64,000 nt of DNA from Chara braunii (taxonomy: Eukaryota; Plantae; Charophyceae): contig BFEA01000020.1 of NCBI GenBank assembly GCA_003427395.1, positions 1,687,588-1,751,587 on the forward strand. The letters are read 5' to 3'. Made by a program: the position numbers and the translations under genes. The number at the start of each line of letters is the position of its first letter. Position 1 is the first letter of the stretch. This document shows positions 49,101 to 61,600 of this stretch, piece by piece. The notes beneath the pieces are model-generated. The model ran no database searches, had not been told where the DNA came from, and saw only the letters and a program-made list of their open reading frames with translations.

Positions 49101-52075
49101 CCATCTCCTTTTATCACTATCACCTCGCCTCGGCAGTTCGCCCACTTCATCCGACAGGACAACGTCACCTTCTTTATGGTAAACGTGACGGATCTCTTAC
49201 ACTATGATCCACCCTGTCCCAACGCCGAGCTCATCCATCTAGAGCCAGATCCTCCTTCTATCTCCATGGCTCCCATCTCTACTTCCGTCCCTCCGCCATT
49301 CGTCGAGTCCACCCCGCCGTCGCGCGCTAACGCTGACGCTGAGGAACTCGCACGATATACGGCTGACCTGGAGCCCGCAGTTCGTGACCTCATTCGAGAG
49401 TACCACGACGTTTTCCCATCGTCGTTCTCGTACGCCGGCATCCCACTGATGCTCGACGTAGAGCACTATATCCAGCTTGTGCCTGACTATCGTGTTCACC
49501 ACCAAGCACCCTATCGACTCTCGATCCCCGAGGCCACCGAGCTCAAGCGTCAGCTTCAGGAGCTCCTGAGACTGGGTTTCATTAAACCCAGCAACTCCCC
49601 GTGGGGTGCACCCGTCCTCTTTGCTTGCAAAGCGGATGGAACTCTCCATCTCTGCATCGACTATCGTGGTCTCAACCGCTACACGGTTAAGAACAACTAC
49701 CCCATGCCTCGTTCTGACGAGCTGTTCGACCGCCTAGCAGGCAACCGCTTCTTTACGAAGATTGATCTCCGTAGCGGTTACCATCAGATCCACGTCGCTG
49801 CAGTGGACCAGCCGAAGACAGCGTTCCGATCGCGCTTCAGCCTTTACGAGTTCACGGTGATGTCATTCGGTCCCACCAACGCACCCGCTACCTTTCAGAA
49901 GGCGATGAACTACATTTTCAGGGACATCCGAGAGCAGTATGTTCTCGTCTACCTCGACGATATCCTGGTCTACAGTCGTACCCTTGAGGAACACCTCAGA
50001 CACCTCCGTGACGTCCTTGACCGCTTGCGCAGACATTGCTTCTACGCCAAGCTGAGCAAGTGCCGCTTTGCCCAGCACAAAGTGGATTTCTTAGGACACT
50101 ACGTGTCTGATCAGGGTCTCTACATGGACGGCGTGAAGATCACTGCTATTGGGGAGTGGCCCGTCCCCACATCCGCCAAGCAGCTTCGCAGCTTCCTAGG
50201 CTTTACCAACTACTATAGTAATTTCATCCAGGAATACGCTAGGTATTCCTATGTCCTTACCTCCACCCTCCTCCGGAAGAACCCACCCTGGGCTTGGACA
50301 CCCCTCCACGAGGACGCCTTCCGCGCCCTCAAGAAGGTGGTGACATGCGCACCGGTTCTTCACCTACCCGATTTTGATCGCCCTTTTATCCTTACCACCG
50401 ATCCGTCAGACTTTGTTGTAGGAGCAGTGCTTTCTCAGATCTTCCCCTGCTCTCCTGATTCCTCTCATCCTCGTATCCCTCGCTTCCCACCACCTACCCC
50501 TACCACTGCTTCCCGGCTGACGCCTACTCGTCCAGCTACTAACGAGCCTTCTATTGACTATTCTCCTACCATCACCGAGGACGGCACTGTCGAGTCTCGC
50601 TCAGGTGATTGTCTGATAGCCTTGTACTTCCGTCAGCTCCTACCCGCCGAGATAAACTACACCGCTGATGAACGTGAGGTTCTCGCAGTAATTTATGCCG
50701 CTCGACACTGGCGTCACTACCTGCACGGGGCACCGTCCAGGGTGCGTACGGACAGCTTTGTTGTCCAGACTTTTCTGACAAAACCGAAGCTCACTCCTCA
50801 ACAGGCTCGCTGGTGGCGCGACCTATCCGAGTTTAGCTTCACCACTTAGCACATCAAGGGTGAGACTAATCAGGTTGTAGATGCCTTATCCCGGCACTCT
50901 GACCACAACCAGGAGCAGATCCAGCTCTCTTCCATCTCGGTCACCACTGTCCACCCCTCGGTGATCGACGAGTTTCGCACTCAGTACCGCCACTGCCCCG
51001 ACTATCGCGACATCCACGCGACCCTTCAAAATGGCAAGACCGTCCTGAACTACTCTCTCGGGGACAACGGTCGTGTATTGGCACTGTTCACAGGGCACCA
51101 GGGAGCCCCGTATTTGCGTTCCCTCCACTGGACAACTACGTGTCCGAGCAGTAGCAGAGTTCCATGACCAGGCAGCCGCCGGTCATATGGGCTTCCACAA
51201 GACGTTGGCTCGTGTGAGCCGCCTGTACGTCTGGCCGAAGCGCAAGGACTTTGTGAAGGACTACGTCGCAGAGTGTCCCACCTGTCAGGAGGTGAACAAT
51301 GCCAACCACTTGCATTATGGTTTGCTCCAGCCTCTTCCTATCCTTGAGGGTCGTTGGCAATTCCATCTCGATGGACTTTATCGGTCCTCTTCGTCCTCCG
51401 ACCCCCCGCGGTCATGATGCTATCCCGGTCGTCGTCGACTGCTTCACGAAGCGTGCACGCTTTGTTCCGTGCTGTTATGTCATCAATGCATGTGAGGTCG
51501 CCGACATCGTGTTTGACCGAGTCGTGCGTGACCACGGCTTACCGCTGAGCATCATATCTGACCGTGACCCGCGCTTTAACAGCCGATTCTGGCGACCGTT
51601 CCACGAGGTTTACGGCACCCAGCTCCGCTTCTCCTCGGCTTACCATCCTCGGACTGATGGTCAGACCGGGATCACGAACATTACTCTCGGAGATATTCTC
51701 TGAAAGATTGTTCGTGATGACCTGCAGTGGGATCTCCATCTTGCCCACGCGGAGATAGCCTACAACCACGCCGTCTCGCCAGCCATGGGGATGTCGCCTT
51801 ACNATTGCGACCTTGGCTATCACCCTTGTGTTCCCGCGGACTTCCTTCGACCGCCGCAGATGCACCCCGACACGAGTTGTCCCGCGCTGGATGATTGGGT
51901 TGCACACATGATGTCGATCATGAAGATCGTACATGAGCACATAGCAGCTTCCCAGACTCGCATGGCAGCACGTGCGAACCGATCGAGGATGGATCATTCA
52001 TTCAAAGTCAGTGATGATGTGCTTATCGACGTCTGCCACTTACAGCTCGAAGCGGACACGCTTCGCAAGTTTCGG
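46189..52075 (+). mobile_element. Decayed Ty3/gypsy retrotransposon 1 (gag-PR-RT-RH-IN), 3'-truncated
   Basis: Zn knuckle CLRCRQDGHTSSRC, protease LWDSGS, RT CIDYRGLN / KIDLRSGYHQ / YLDD, RNase H TTDPS, integrase H..GH..CPTC and ISDRDPRF / HPRTDGQT. Multiple stops and frameshifts. LTRs not resolved. Confidence 0.95.
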
Positions 52076-54051
52076 CTTCGCCACCAGCCGGTGAGGCCTG
52101 CAAGGCTACAAGCAAGATAGGCCTGCTAGGCCACAGGTAGGCAGGTTTTGCGGGCCTCATGCAGGCAAGGCCTGCAAGGCCGTAGGTAGATTGCCTACTG
52201 GCATTATAGCCCTTCATATATGAGGGTTGCTCCTATCCTGATGTGAAATAGGAGCTAGCCCAGTAAGTAACGTACCAGCCTGATACACCGTAGATGCGGG
52301 GATCGAAGCCAATAGGCCATTGGGCTAGCTCCTTCCTTTTGGAGCAGCCCAACTTTATGGCGCGGCCGTTTTCGGTCGTGCGATCGATAAAATCGCACGG
52401 CTGAAAAACAGCCGCGCAGAGAGTAGCATGACCGACGCAAGGATGACATGATTTTTTGTTTTCTGAAAATTTGAAATAGCAGCAGCCTCGCGGGTTGACG
52501 AGGCACTGCTTCTTCCCATAGGAAAGGGGGAAACTCGTTTTCATTTTGCACATCTGGTGAGTAGGGTGGTGAGGGTCATTTTTCATGAGGTTGCACAACC
52601 CCACCATGCCCTGAATCCATTTGGATTTGAACTCTGGTCTGCATTTCAACAGTTCATGGCTGGGCCTTGGAGCCACAGCCTTCCAAAGGGCGCTGTTAGG
52701 CCAATGGGCAAAAAGGGAAAAGAAAAAAGAAAAAAGAAAAAAAGGAAAAAAAAAAAAAAGTGGATCAAGATTTTGAGAAAATCTGTATTTTGCAGTTTGC
52801 GCCTATATTTGTTTGGTGGCGTAAATGATTTTTGTTGGCTCTAAAAAAAATTCTCTGAGTAGGTGGGCACCTATGCCACGCGCATGAATTTTTTCAGATG
52901 TTTTCATTTGACGAAATTTTAATTAAAAATCGCCAGAGTCGGGGTACTTCGTGCATCCCACTCTGAGCCTGTCGAGATCTTAGCTCGTGATTATCACGAG
53001 TCATTCTTCCCCCCCCCAGCCTTAGCACTGAGCTGGCACCCCTCAAAACGGGTGCCAGACAGAAAAAAGGTAGCCAATGGCTGTCCAAGAGTTAGCTGTA
53101 GCCATTTGGCTGCCTATTTTTAATGTGGAAGACCAAGGTGGAAAAAACAAAACGTAGAGAAAGACCATGGCTGGGAATTCTCCAACCCATAACCACAGCA
53201 AGAGAGTGCAGCTCTGGCCTTTTTAAGGTCTGCCTGTGACTCTTGCCTCCAGCAGCAGACTGAGCCTTCAAGGCTTTGAAGCCTCCAAATTGGCAGCCCT
53301 CCAGATAGCAAAGGGCTTGACTTATCCGCCTTGTATTGAAGCCCTATGAGGGCTGCTTGGGCTCAAACCCATGCGAACTGAGTTTGCCCCCATTTTTAAT
53401 GAGAGGCTGCTCCGGAACTTGGGTCCAGAACCCGATGAGACAGCTTGAAGCCATCATCACAGGATGTACAAGCCTGCAGAGGGACATGTATATATATACA
53501 CAAGGCGAAGCAAGCTAGACAATGAAAGTTATGGGTCACAACAACTCTGATTCCACGGTGATAGCAGAGGAAGCAAGGAGAAGGGACAAGTGGCAGTCAC
53601 AGAGTGATTTCGGGATTCAACAGCTCGAGTGAAGGCAGATAGAGGCACATATGGACCCATAACTAAAGTGATGTGAGTGCCCCACCTCCACGACTATATT
53701 AGGAAGGGGTGGACCCAAGCAAAGGCATAGCAGAGCAGCAGCTTGACATAGCATATGAGGCTATGGGCGCGTAGTGAGACCTAAGGCTTGATACGTGACA
53801 CTCATGAGCTTAGGAGTGGACTGAGCTCCGGGAGCAGCTAAGCACAGCTAGGAGGGGAGTGGAGGAGCTGCCGGTGGGAAGTGCTGCTGCTAGAGGAAGT
53901 GTTGTCTGGAGGAGGAGAGTGGAGGTCTGCAATAGAGGCTGAGAGAGGAGGCTCCCATAGCCACCATCTCAGCAAGGGTGGAGGTGCTGCTGGCTATAGC
54001 CACAGTCATAACGACGGTCGTGGGGGAGGCACTGCTACTTTTTGCGGCAAC

Positions 54052-54262
54052 TGTGGCGGCGATGCAGGCTTTTACGGCGGTGGTACGGAAGTGCTGCCGA
54101 ACTTTTGCGGCCGCGACGCAGGCTTTTACGGCGTTGGTACGGAAGTGCTGCTGAACTTTTGCGGCGGCGACGCAGGCTTTTACGGCGGTGGTACATAAGT
54201 GATGCCGAACTTTTGTGGCGGCAACGCAGGCTTTTACGGCGGTGGTACGAAAGTGCTGCCGT
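54052..54262. repeat. 54-bp tandem repeat, about 4 copies
   Basis: ggcggcgacgcaggcttttacggcggtggtacggaagtgctgccgaacttttgc. Confidence 0.9.
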
Positions 54263-54463
54263 TTCTTGTCGGTGTTATTTTCTGCCCTGTTTTCTTTATG
54301 TTTTTTTTTTAATAAAGAAAACATACAAACCACAGTGTGTATGCAACCTCATAATACTGGAACCTGCAACTCGTCAAAGTTCATGCCTCATCCTTAATGC
54401 ACAGACAATTGCTTTCTCACAATTGCAGCACGTTCTACCCGTTCATTCCTTCACCAGTCCAGT

Positions 54464-54525
<62 letters not shown>

Positions 54526-56109
54526 TTTTTTCAACAGAGCAACTTGAAAGGTACCCCAGGTTAAACCCACGACACCTATGCCTACCACGATAACCAATGC
54601 AACTTCTCCCGTCATAATTTTATAATGCCCAAAGTGCAAGGAACCCGACTGTTCATCACTTGCTGGAGTGCATTAGATCACATGCATATACACAAATTTC
54701 ACAGATTGCGATGTCTCACACAAAGCCCAATAGAAATGAATGAGAACCAGGAAGCAACTCAATTATCAAACCCAGAATTAGAGAGAGAACATCGTGAGTT
54801 CAAAGTGTACAGCGCCAAGCAGAGTTACAAGTGTTCTTCAATCAACATAAACTCCCAGGCCTGGCGCTCATCAGCACCAGCTACCTAACGTCAAAAGTGC
54901 CTCAACAGGTAAGTATGATCTCTCTCTTCTCGTCCTCTGTCTATAGTCCTAGTCTACTCTCACTCATCATTCATGCACACTCCCTATCACACGAGGATCT
55001 ACTCTAAATACTACTCACTGGTGTCTCCTACTGACTATCCCTACTAACATACTAACTAGCGCTGGTGCAACTATGGCTGCCTAGCGTTGTCGGTGCGAAT
55101 ACCCTTACAAGGGTATCCGCCCTGTTTTGTTTTGCAAACGACAAAAACTAAATTTGGCTTAAAGTTCAAAGTATACCGCACGAGGCGCGGTTGTGTCTGT
55201 GGTTTGCGTTGACGAGATGGTTGATTAGAATGGAGAGCATGTGAGCGCGCAGGATTTAAGGCGCGCATAATTCTTTTACTTGTTGATGATTGAAGAGCTG
55301 GCGCGATCGCCGACCATATTTATTTTGGAGTAAACTAGGATTAAAAATATTTTGTCTCTTGATTGGTCCACCTACCTGCAACATGTGTGTGCATACGGAG
55401 GACGATATCGACGACAATGTGACTTTGAAAACATCTCAGTAGGTCTGCGCGTCTCGCAGTATCCGTTTGTTTAAGCGTCCGTCAGAACTAGACCCAACCT
55501 TGGGCCTAACACTATTGGTTACGGCGTCAGGCTTTCATCAGAGAGATTCAGGGATCAAGGTTGAGCGGCGACGGCGCGGGGGTATCAGAATAGCGCGAAT
55601 GGGTCGAGGGATCGAAGACCCGGCGGGACTATCCCCCTTGATTCTTGTGGTCAGCATAGTCAAAGTGGTACTAGTGGTTCCTCTTTCCTCGTTGTCGTTC
55701 TCTGATGATTGAAATTTTCTTACATATTCTATTTTACTTTTATTTTTGTATTATTTAAATTATATGCCTTGACGTTTCGTTAAGTCAAGCGCGACACGAC
55801 CACGGGTGGCCGTCGCGGCAGCCAAGGATCTTGAGCCCGCGCCTCCTTTGGCGAGCCCGTTCAGGTTTCGACGTGTTCGGATGTTGACGGAGTTCCCCCG
55901 CCCCTCCCGTCTTGAAGTATGGGCTGCGGAGGTTACTGTACGGGAGAAGGGTGGATAGGGGTCGAGCGCCTTAGAGTGAGGATGTCTGGGGCTCTGTGGC
56001 GAGGCCCCACAGCGGTACCACGACATGCGGCGGTTTACGTGGAACCCACTTCCACTTTGGCCTTTAAAGCTCCCAATTGAATGTTTGATACTACCGTCGA
56101 GGCGTTGTC

Positions 56110-56423
56110 CCGAACGCGAACAAGCGTCCAAAACCCTCCGAACGAGAACATAAAAAACATTACAAAAAACAAAGTTCTCAGAAAAATCTGAAAAAAATCT
56201 ATGTTATGTAAAATAATGATACCAGCAATTTTTGCTTTGGAGGCAACGTTGAAATTCGTAATCAATCATGAGTTAAAAATAAAAAAACAAAAGATTTTTT
56301 ATTTATTTTTTTTTACGAAAAAAATATGTTCGCGTGAACATGTTCACGAGCTGTTCGCGCGAACGTGCCTAACTCGTTCGCGCGAACGTGAAGGGGCGCG
56401 AACATGTTCGCCGTGCCACGCAG
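56110..56423. mobile_element. Partial copy of the CGAAC-rich MITE family (see 41572-42077)
   Basis: cgaacgcgaac..gaacataaaaa..atgttatgtaaaataat..gagttaaaa..gaacatgttcgccgtgccacgcag. Confidence 0.75.
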
Positions 56424-58605
56424 GTTTAGAGAAGTTAGATTATATTTTGACAGGTGACAATCTTGGAAATCCACTCTGTATATAGGAGATTCTATTAGGG
56501 TCTACCTTTCTTTTGACATTTGCTTAAAGGTAGACTCATGACTAGTTAGATAGAATGATCCTCAGTGAAAGCATGATATGGAGGTTACTCTCGATTTGAA
56601 CTCATAAATTTAGTTTAGGCATTGACCTGTCCTGTGTTACAGGTCGTCGTGATCATTCGATTCAGGATCTGGAGTAAATTCAGCTTGATCCTACAAGGAT
56701 CACCTTTTGTTATCACTTATAACAGGTCGGCTGCCAATTCGTCGGTCTACGACTCAACTCCAATTCATCCTCAACACTCAACCTAAAAGGCTTCAGCCCT
56801 GGTGATTTTTATTGTTTTATTAAGGTTTTCACCCGGACTTTTATTGAATGGCCATTTAACGAAGGTACTGAGTATTTAATTATGGTTAGTTGGACAGAGG
56901 TTGGGGCTTGCATGACTAAAGCGAAGGGTATGAGTGTAGAGATTGGTTCGAGTTGACTCCGTGTAGTGCGTGAACTCTTGTTTGACTCTTTGATGTGATT
57001 GCAAGTATGTTCTGTGATTATGATTTTGGATATGACTGTCTGCGATCACACACATATATATGGCTGTGAGGAGTCCGACTGTGACTGTGAGAAGTGGTCG
57101 TCACATACTCATTCCCCTATATATGTATATATGTAAATATATATGTGTACTTATGCAGGGTGGTCGCATGGCCTGAGGGGCCTACGCTTAAAGGTTAGAT
57201 GGGGGTTGAGATCGAGAAGAGAAAGAAAACCCCGTTTTATTGTTGAATGCTTCTTGGCCTGGATTCGAGGTCCTTGTCCAGGACATCCCAGGCCCTAGAC
57301 TCTTCATGGAAGGAATCTGCCCCCGTGCAGAGCCTATTTGCCCTGTCCACCGAGACACTCAGCTTAAAGGCCGGAGGAGGTCTCGCGGCGGCCGCACGGT
57401 TATTCCTTCAGCCGTACAATATTGTGAAGGGGCAAGCCTTCACAATACTTCGAGTCTGATACCTGAGTGTCATAAGCGGTACTCGGATCCACGAAGGACC
57501 GCTCGATTATGGGCACTACACAGTGCGCCATCATTGTGACTGCTTGCGGATGATTGCATTGCTGGTCGATATGAGTAGGCCCTGCGCCCGTGCGGTTTTA
57601 TACTAAGTCTCGCGCGCGACGCCCATCCGATTTCCACTTCGGAGAGTTATGGGATGGCTACCTAGGGACTAGGAGCGTTGTCGCGTCGTTTGTTTTGTGT
57701 CGTTTTGTGTATGTGTATGTGTGTGTGGTGTTTAATTTTTTTCGTTCTTCATAGTGGTGTATGTGTGGTGCGTGAAATGCGTCCTAGTCGACAGGCGACG
57801 AGTCGCGCTTGGGACCTCAACCTCCCCCATATGTCGGTTCGCATACGGATCCGATAGAGGCGTATTATCGCGCATACCCCCCTATGCTACAACGAATGAG
57901 AAACGCCCTCGACTGGTCCACCTCTGCGATTGCAGCTGATTAACTTTCGTACTGTGGACTGGTAGCTCGGCGGGGATACGCCCACCGAAGGGAGGTGACA
58001 ACTCCCGTAAGGTGGAGGTAAGTCGTGCCTCGCATAGGCCCTATCCTGTCGTAGGGGCTCGTGAGAGGTATGGCTGGTGCACTCGGTCGGAGCGGCTTGC
58101 GGAAGCTCCATTGTGAATTTTCGCGGAAGGTGTAGACCAACTCCTACGTGACGCGGCCGGGAGGGTTCCGCGCTACCTTGTGCGGTGCTGGACCGATGCG
58201 CTCGACAGGTGGCGCTGTTGCCGGGGATAACGGAAGCCTACCGTTGTCCTTGGTGGAACGACATCCGGGTATAAGATTGAGGGAGAAAATAGGCATAGAA
58301 GGAAAGACGGAGTACGTAAGGTCTTGCTAGGCTAATGGTAATAAAGAGATTTACTAATATAATAGGTTTATTTTTAATCTGGTTGATTGCCTGGGTTGGA
58401 AAGTCATGAGGGAGACCCTATAGGGAGAAATGGGGCTTATTAAAATAAGATCTATGGGATTGGAAATAGGGTAGGACCTGTTAGGCCTGGACCGTGGGTT
58501 GGTTATAGTAGGGGTCTGATGTGGAATGTGATAGGATCAGACTCCTGAATGAGGTGGTATGTTTTTCTTAAAATAGGGAAAGTCGAGTAAAGACAGCCTG
58601 CAAAA

Positions 58606-61600
58606 ATGGCAGGGCCTATAGCGGATTGCGAGGGGAAGGTCCTAGCGCTCGAGGACCTCATTGAGGCTATGGATAAGCGAAAAAGGACGCCGAGTAATGT
58701 CCCCAAAGTCGATACTTTCCATTTTAATGGTGAGCGAGTTTCTGATTGGCTGGACTTGGTGGAGCAAGCCTTGGTGGGGTTATTGGATGCGGTGAAGTTC
58801 CAGCGCATTCTGAAGTATGTGTTTCATGGCCACCATCAGGAGGTGGAGAAAATTATAAATGCGGCCAATGGTAGTTGGATCAGGTTCAAAGATGGGATGC
58901 AAAGAAAGTATAGGTTAGGTGATGGGCTGTTAACCACGACAGATTTGGAGGCCATGAACAGAGACGACTTCACTACGGTGGGGGTGTTCGTGCAAGAATT
59001 TAAGAAGAAGGCAAGGAAGGTTCATGGCATTTGAGAGGAGGCTCAGTGCGCTATCGTTTTGGAGAGACAGTTAACGGGGGCCCAAATATTTGCCGTTTTC
59101 GTCGGCAATATTGATCCAAACATGTCAAAACTGCACACATGACGTACCCTATAGCACATATATATCACACAAAAAGAAAAACAAGAAAAAAAGCAAAAAA
59201 TCAGCACAATATGACAGTTTCAGTGTAATTCGGTGCGAAATTCATCGAAAATAACACCCCTGGTTAACCACGTGTGTCTTTTTGGGGCTGCTCACCGCTT
59301 GGGAGGCTGCAGAACTGACAAGTCATGAAGGAGGAAGCGAGAAGCTCACCTGGGCCACTATTGATAAAGGTGTGGCAGAGGGAAGTTTGGACGAGGTGGA
59401 ACAATATCAGATGCGCCTGCAAAGGCGTAGGAGGAAGGAGAGGGATGACACACCGTCTGGAACCCCAGGAGTAAGACGGATCGTCACTGACGTACTGACA
59501 GAACTGGGCTATGGAAAAAATGTGGTAATACAGAAGAAGGTAGTGACGGCGATCCAAGGAAAAGGAAAGGATCAAGTGGTGGAGGAAGCCGTCCAAGAAG
59601 AGTGGGAAGAAGAAGAGTCGGTGCCTCAACACCTTTCGAAGGCGCTAGGGAAGCAGCGCAACTTAACCCAGGGGAGGCAAGGCTCAGGAAAGGGGCAGGC
59701 GCCCCAAACAGTGGTAGTCGCACCGCCAGACGCATCGGCTCCATCAAGTAGTGCGGGACCTTCGCAAGCGGCGGTACCACCACTCGGGCAGTGGCCATGA
59801 CCTATGTACAATAACTTTGTACTATGGGGAAGTCCGGCTCCGCCTGGGCAGATGGTACCATACGCTGGGCCCCAAGTAAGCATGCCGCCTCCAAGTTATC
59901 CCACCGCTCAACCCCAACCCATGGTGCCACCTCCGTCGCCTGCACCTAGCTCACAAGGTAGTGTGGCTGGTGAAGGTAATCAAGGCCAGGGTAATCAGGG
60001 GAATAGAGGGAAAGGCGGTGGAAGAGGACGGGGCAGAAATGGCGGCGGCCGAGGAGGTCAATGGGACAGCCAAGGTTACCAAAGCCAGAGAAATCAAGGT
60101 AATCAAGGGAGCCAGGGAAGCGGGAGAACCCGTTTCGATTGGAGAACCACCATATGTCAGCATTGCGATAAACAGGGTCATACCATATGGTTCTGCAATA
60201 CTAGGCGGGAAGATGAAAGAGTGAGATTGATGTACTCCAATATGGACAACGATATATACGATCAGTTTAGAGATTATATTGACAGGAAGGTCCCTGGCGG
60301 AGTAAGGGCGGAAGAAGGGTAGCTGCACGACAAGCGCCGCCTGCCACGTTCAGATTATGGCAGGAAAAGGAGGATCCACCAATTAAGGTAGAAGAAGTGG
60401 AAAGTGATGAGGAGGTGACTCAGAGGCTACAGGCAGGAGATATAAAGGAAGAGCCCATAGTCATTGAGTCAGAGGAAAAAAGTGAGGAAGAGAAAGTAGA
60501 GCCCGCATCAATCCTGCTAGGAAAGATGGAAGACTTGTGGGGGAAGATGGGGATATACCAACAGAAGTTGGTAGACCTCTATGAAGAAGTGAAAGGATGG
60601 AGGGCTGATATCCCCAAGGTTTTCCTCTACGAGTCTGGCCCAGAATCGATGCCAGGGCGACCCGGGGTAACTACCATGGGGTTAGGCCCCCGGTCAGGGA
60701 TGATCACTAGACCTCCCACGACACAAGGAAGACTGGCACAAGCAGCTCGTACCCGAGGCCAGACCAAGGCCAGTGCAAGCCAGGAACCTCCACGAAAAGA
60801 GTTGGAGCCAGATAAGAGAAAGGAAGCCGTGGAGGTAGAGGATGAGGAGGAGGAGGAAAAAGAAGATGAAAGGTTGCACCAGGAAGAAGACCAGAGGGCG
60901 GAACAAAGGGTTAGGAAGAGAGAAGCCCGTGAAGAAGCCGAGCCGATTCTGCACGATGTGCTGCCAAAGAAAAAGAAATATGCGGTCCGACTGGAGGAAG
61001 GATTTGACGTGGAAAGGGTAATTGATATGTTGTTGGAGGGCCACAACAATAGTGGATACGGGAGCGGAAATGAATATTATCCGTGAAGCTGACGCACTTA
61101 GATTTGGATTAAAAATAGACCGCTCTGATTGCAGCATTCTACATGGAGTTAACTGCAAGGCAGTGTTTTGCGGAACAACTTCGAATGTGCTTATTGAGGT
61201 TGGAAGAGTAAAAGCCAGAGCCTGCTTCTTCGTTATGCCAGACGTGGATCATGAAATCCTTCTGGGGAGATCGTTTTTGTGCAGGACAGAGATGCTTAAT
61301 AAGCACGACGAAACTCTGATCCTAATCATATGTGATCCTGCCTGTGGAAACTACGAGGTAATCACCTGCAGGAATACAGGACCACGGAGTATAAGGAACT
61401 GGCTCAATCCTGGCTCATTCACGATCGAGGAGTCAGAGGACGAGCGTCGGAGGCTCCTTATGGAGCCAGAGGAGGAAGAAAGAGGCGAGGCATTTTCCCT
61501 CAGTTTATCGGACGTGAACAAGGCCATGGATATAGTGACCACGCATGAGATGGCGGATCCAGACGCCATCCAGGCATTGAGGGAACAGGTCATGGAATGT

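Noticed and set aside
52600-58600. LTR and primer-binding site for gypsy 2
   Set aside because: No paired LTR within the window and no clear tRNA PBS, so boundaries cannot be called.
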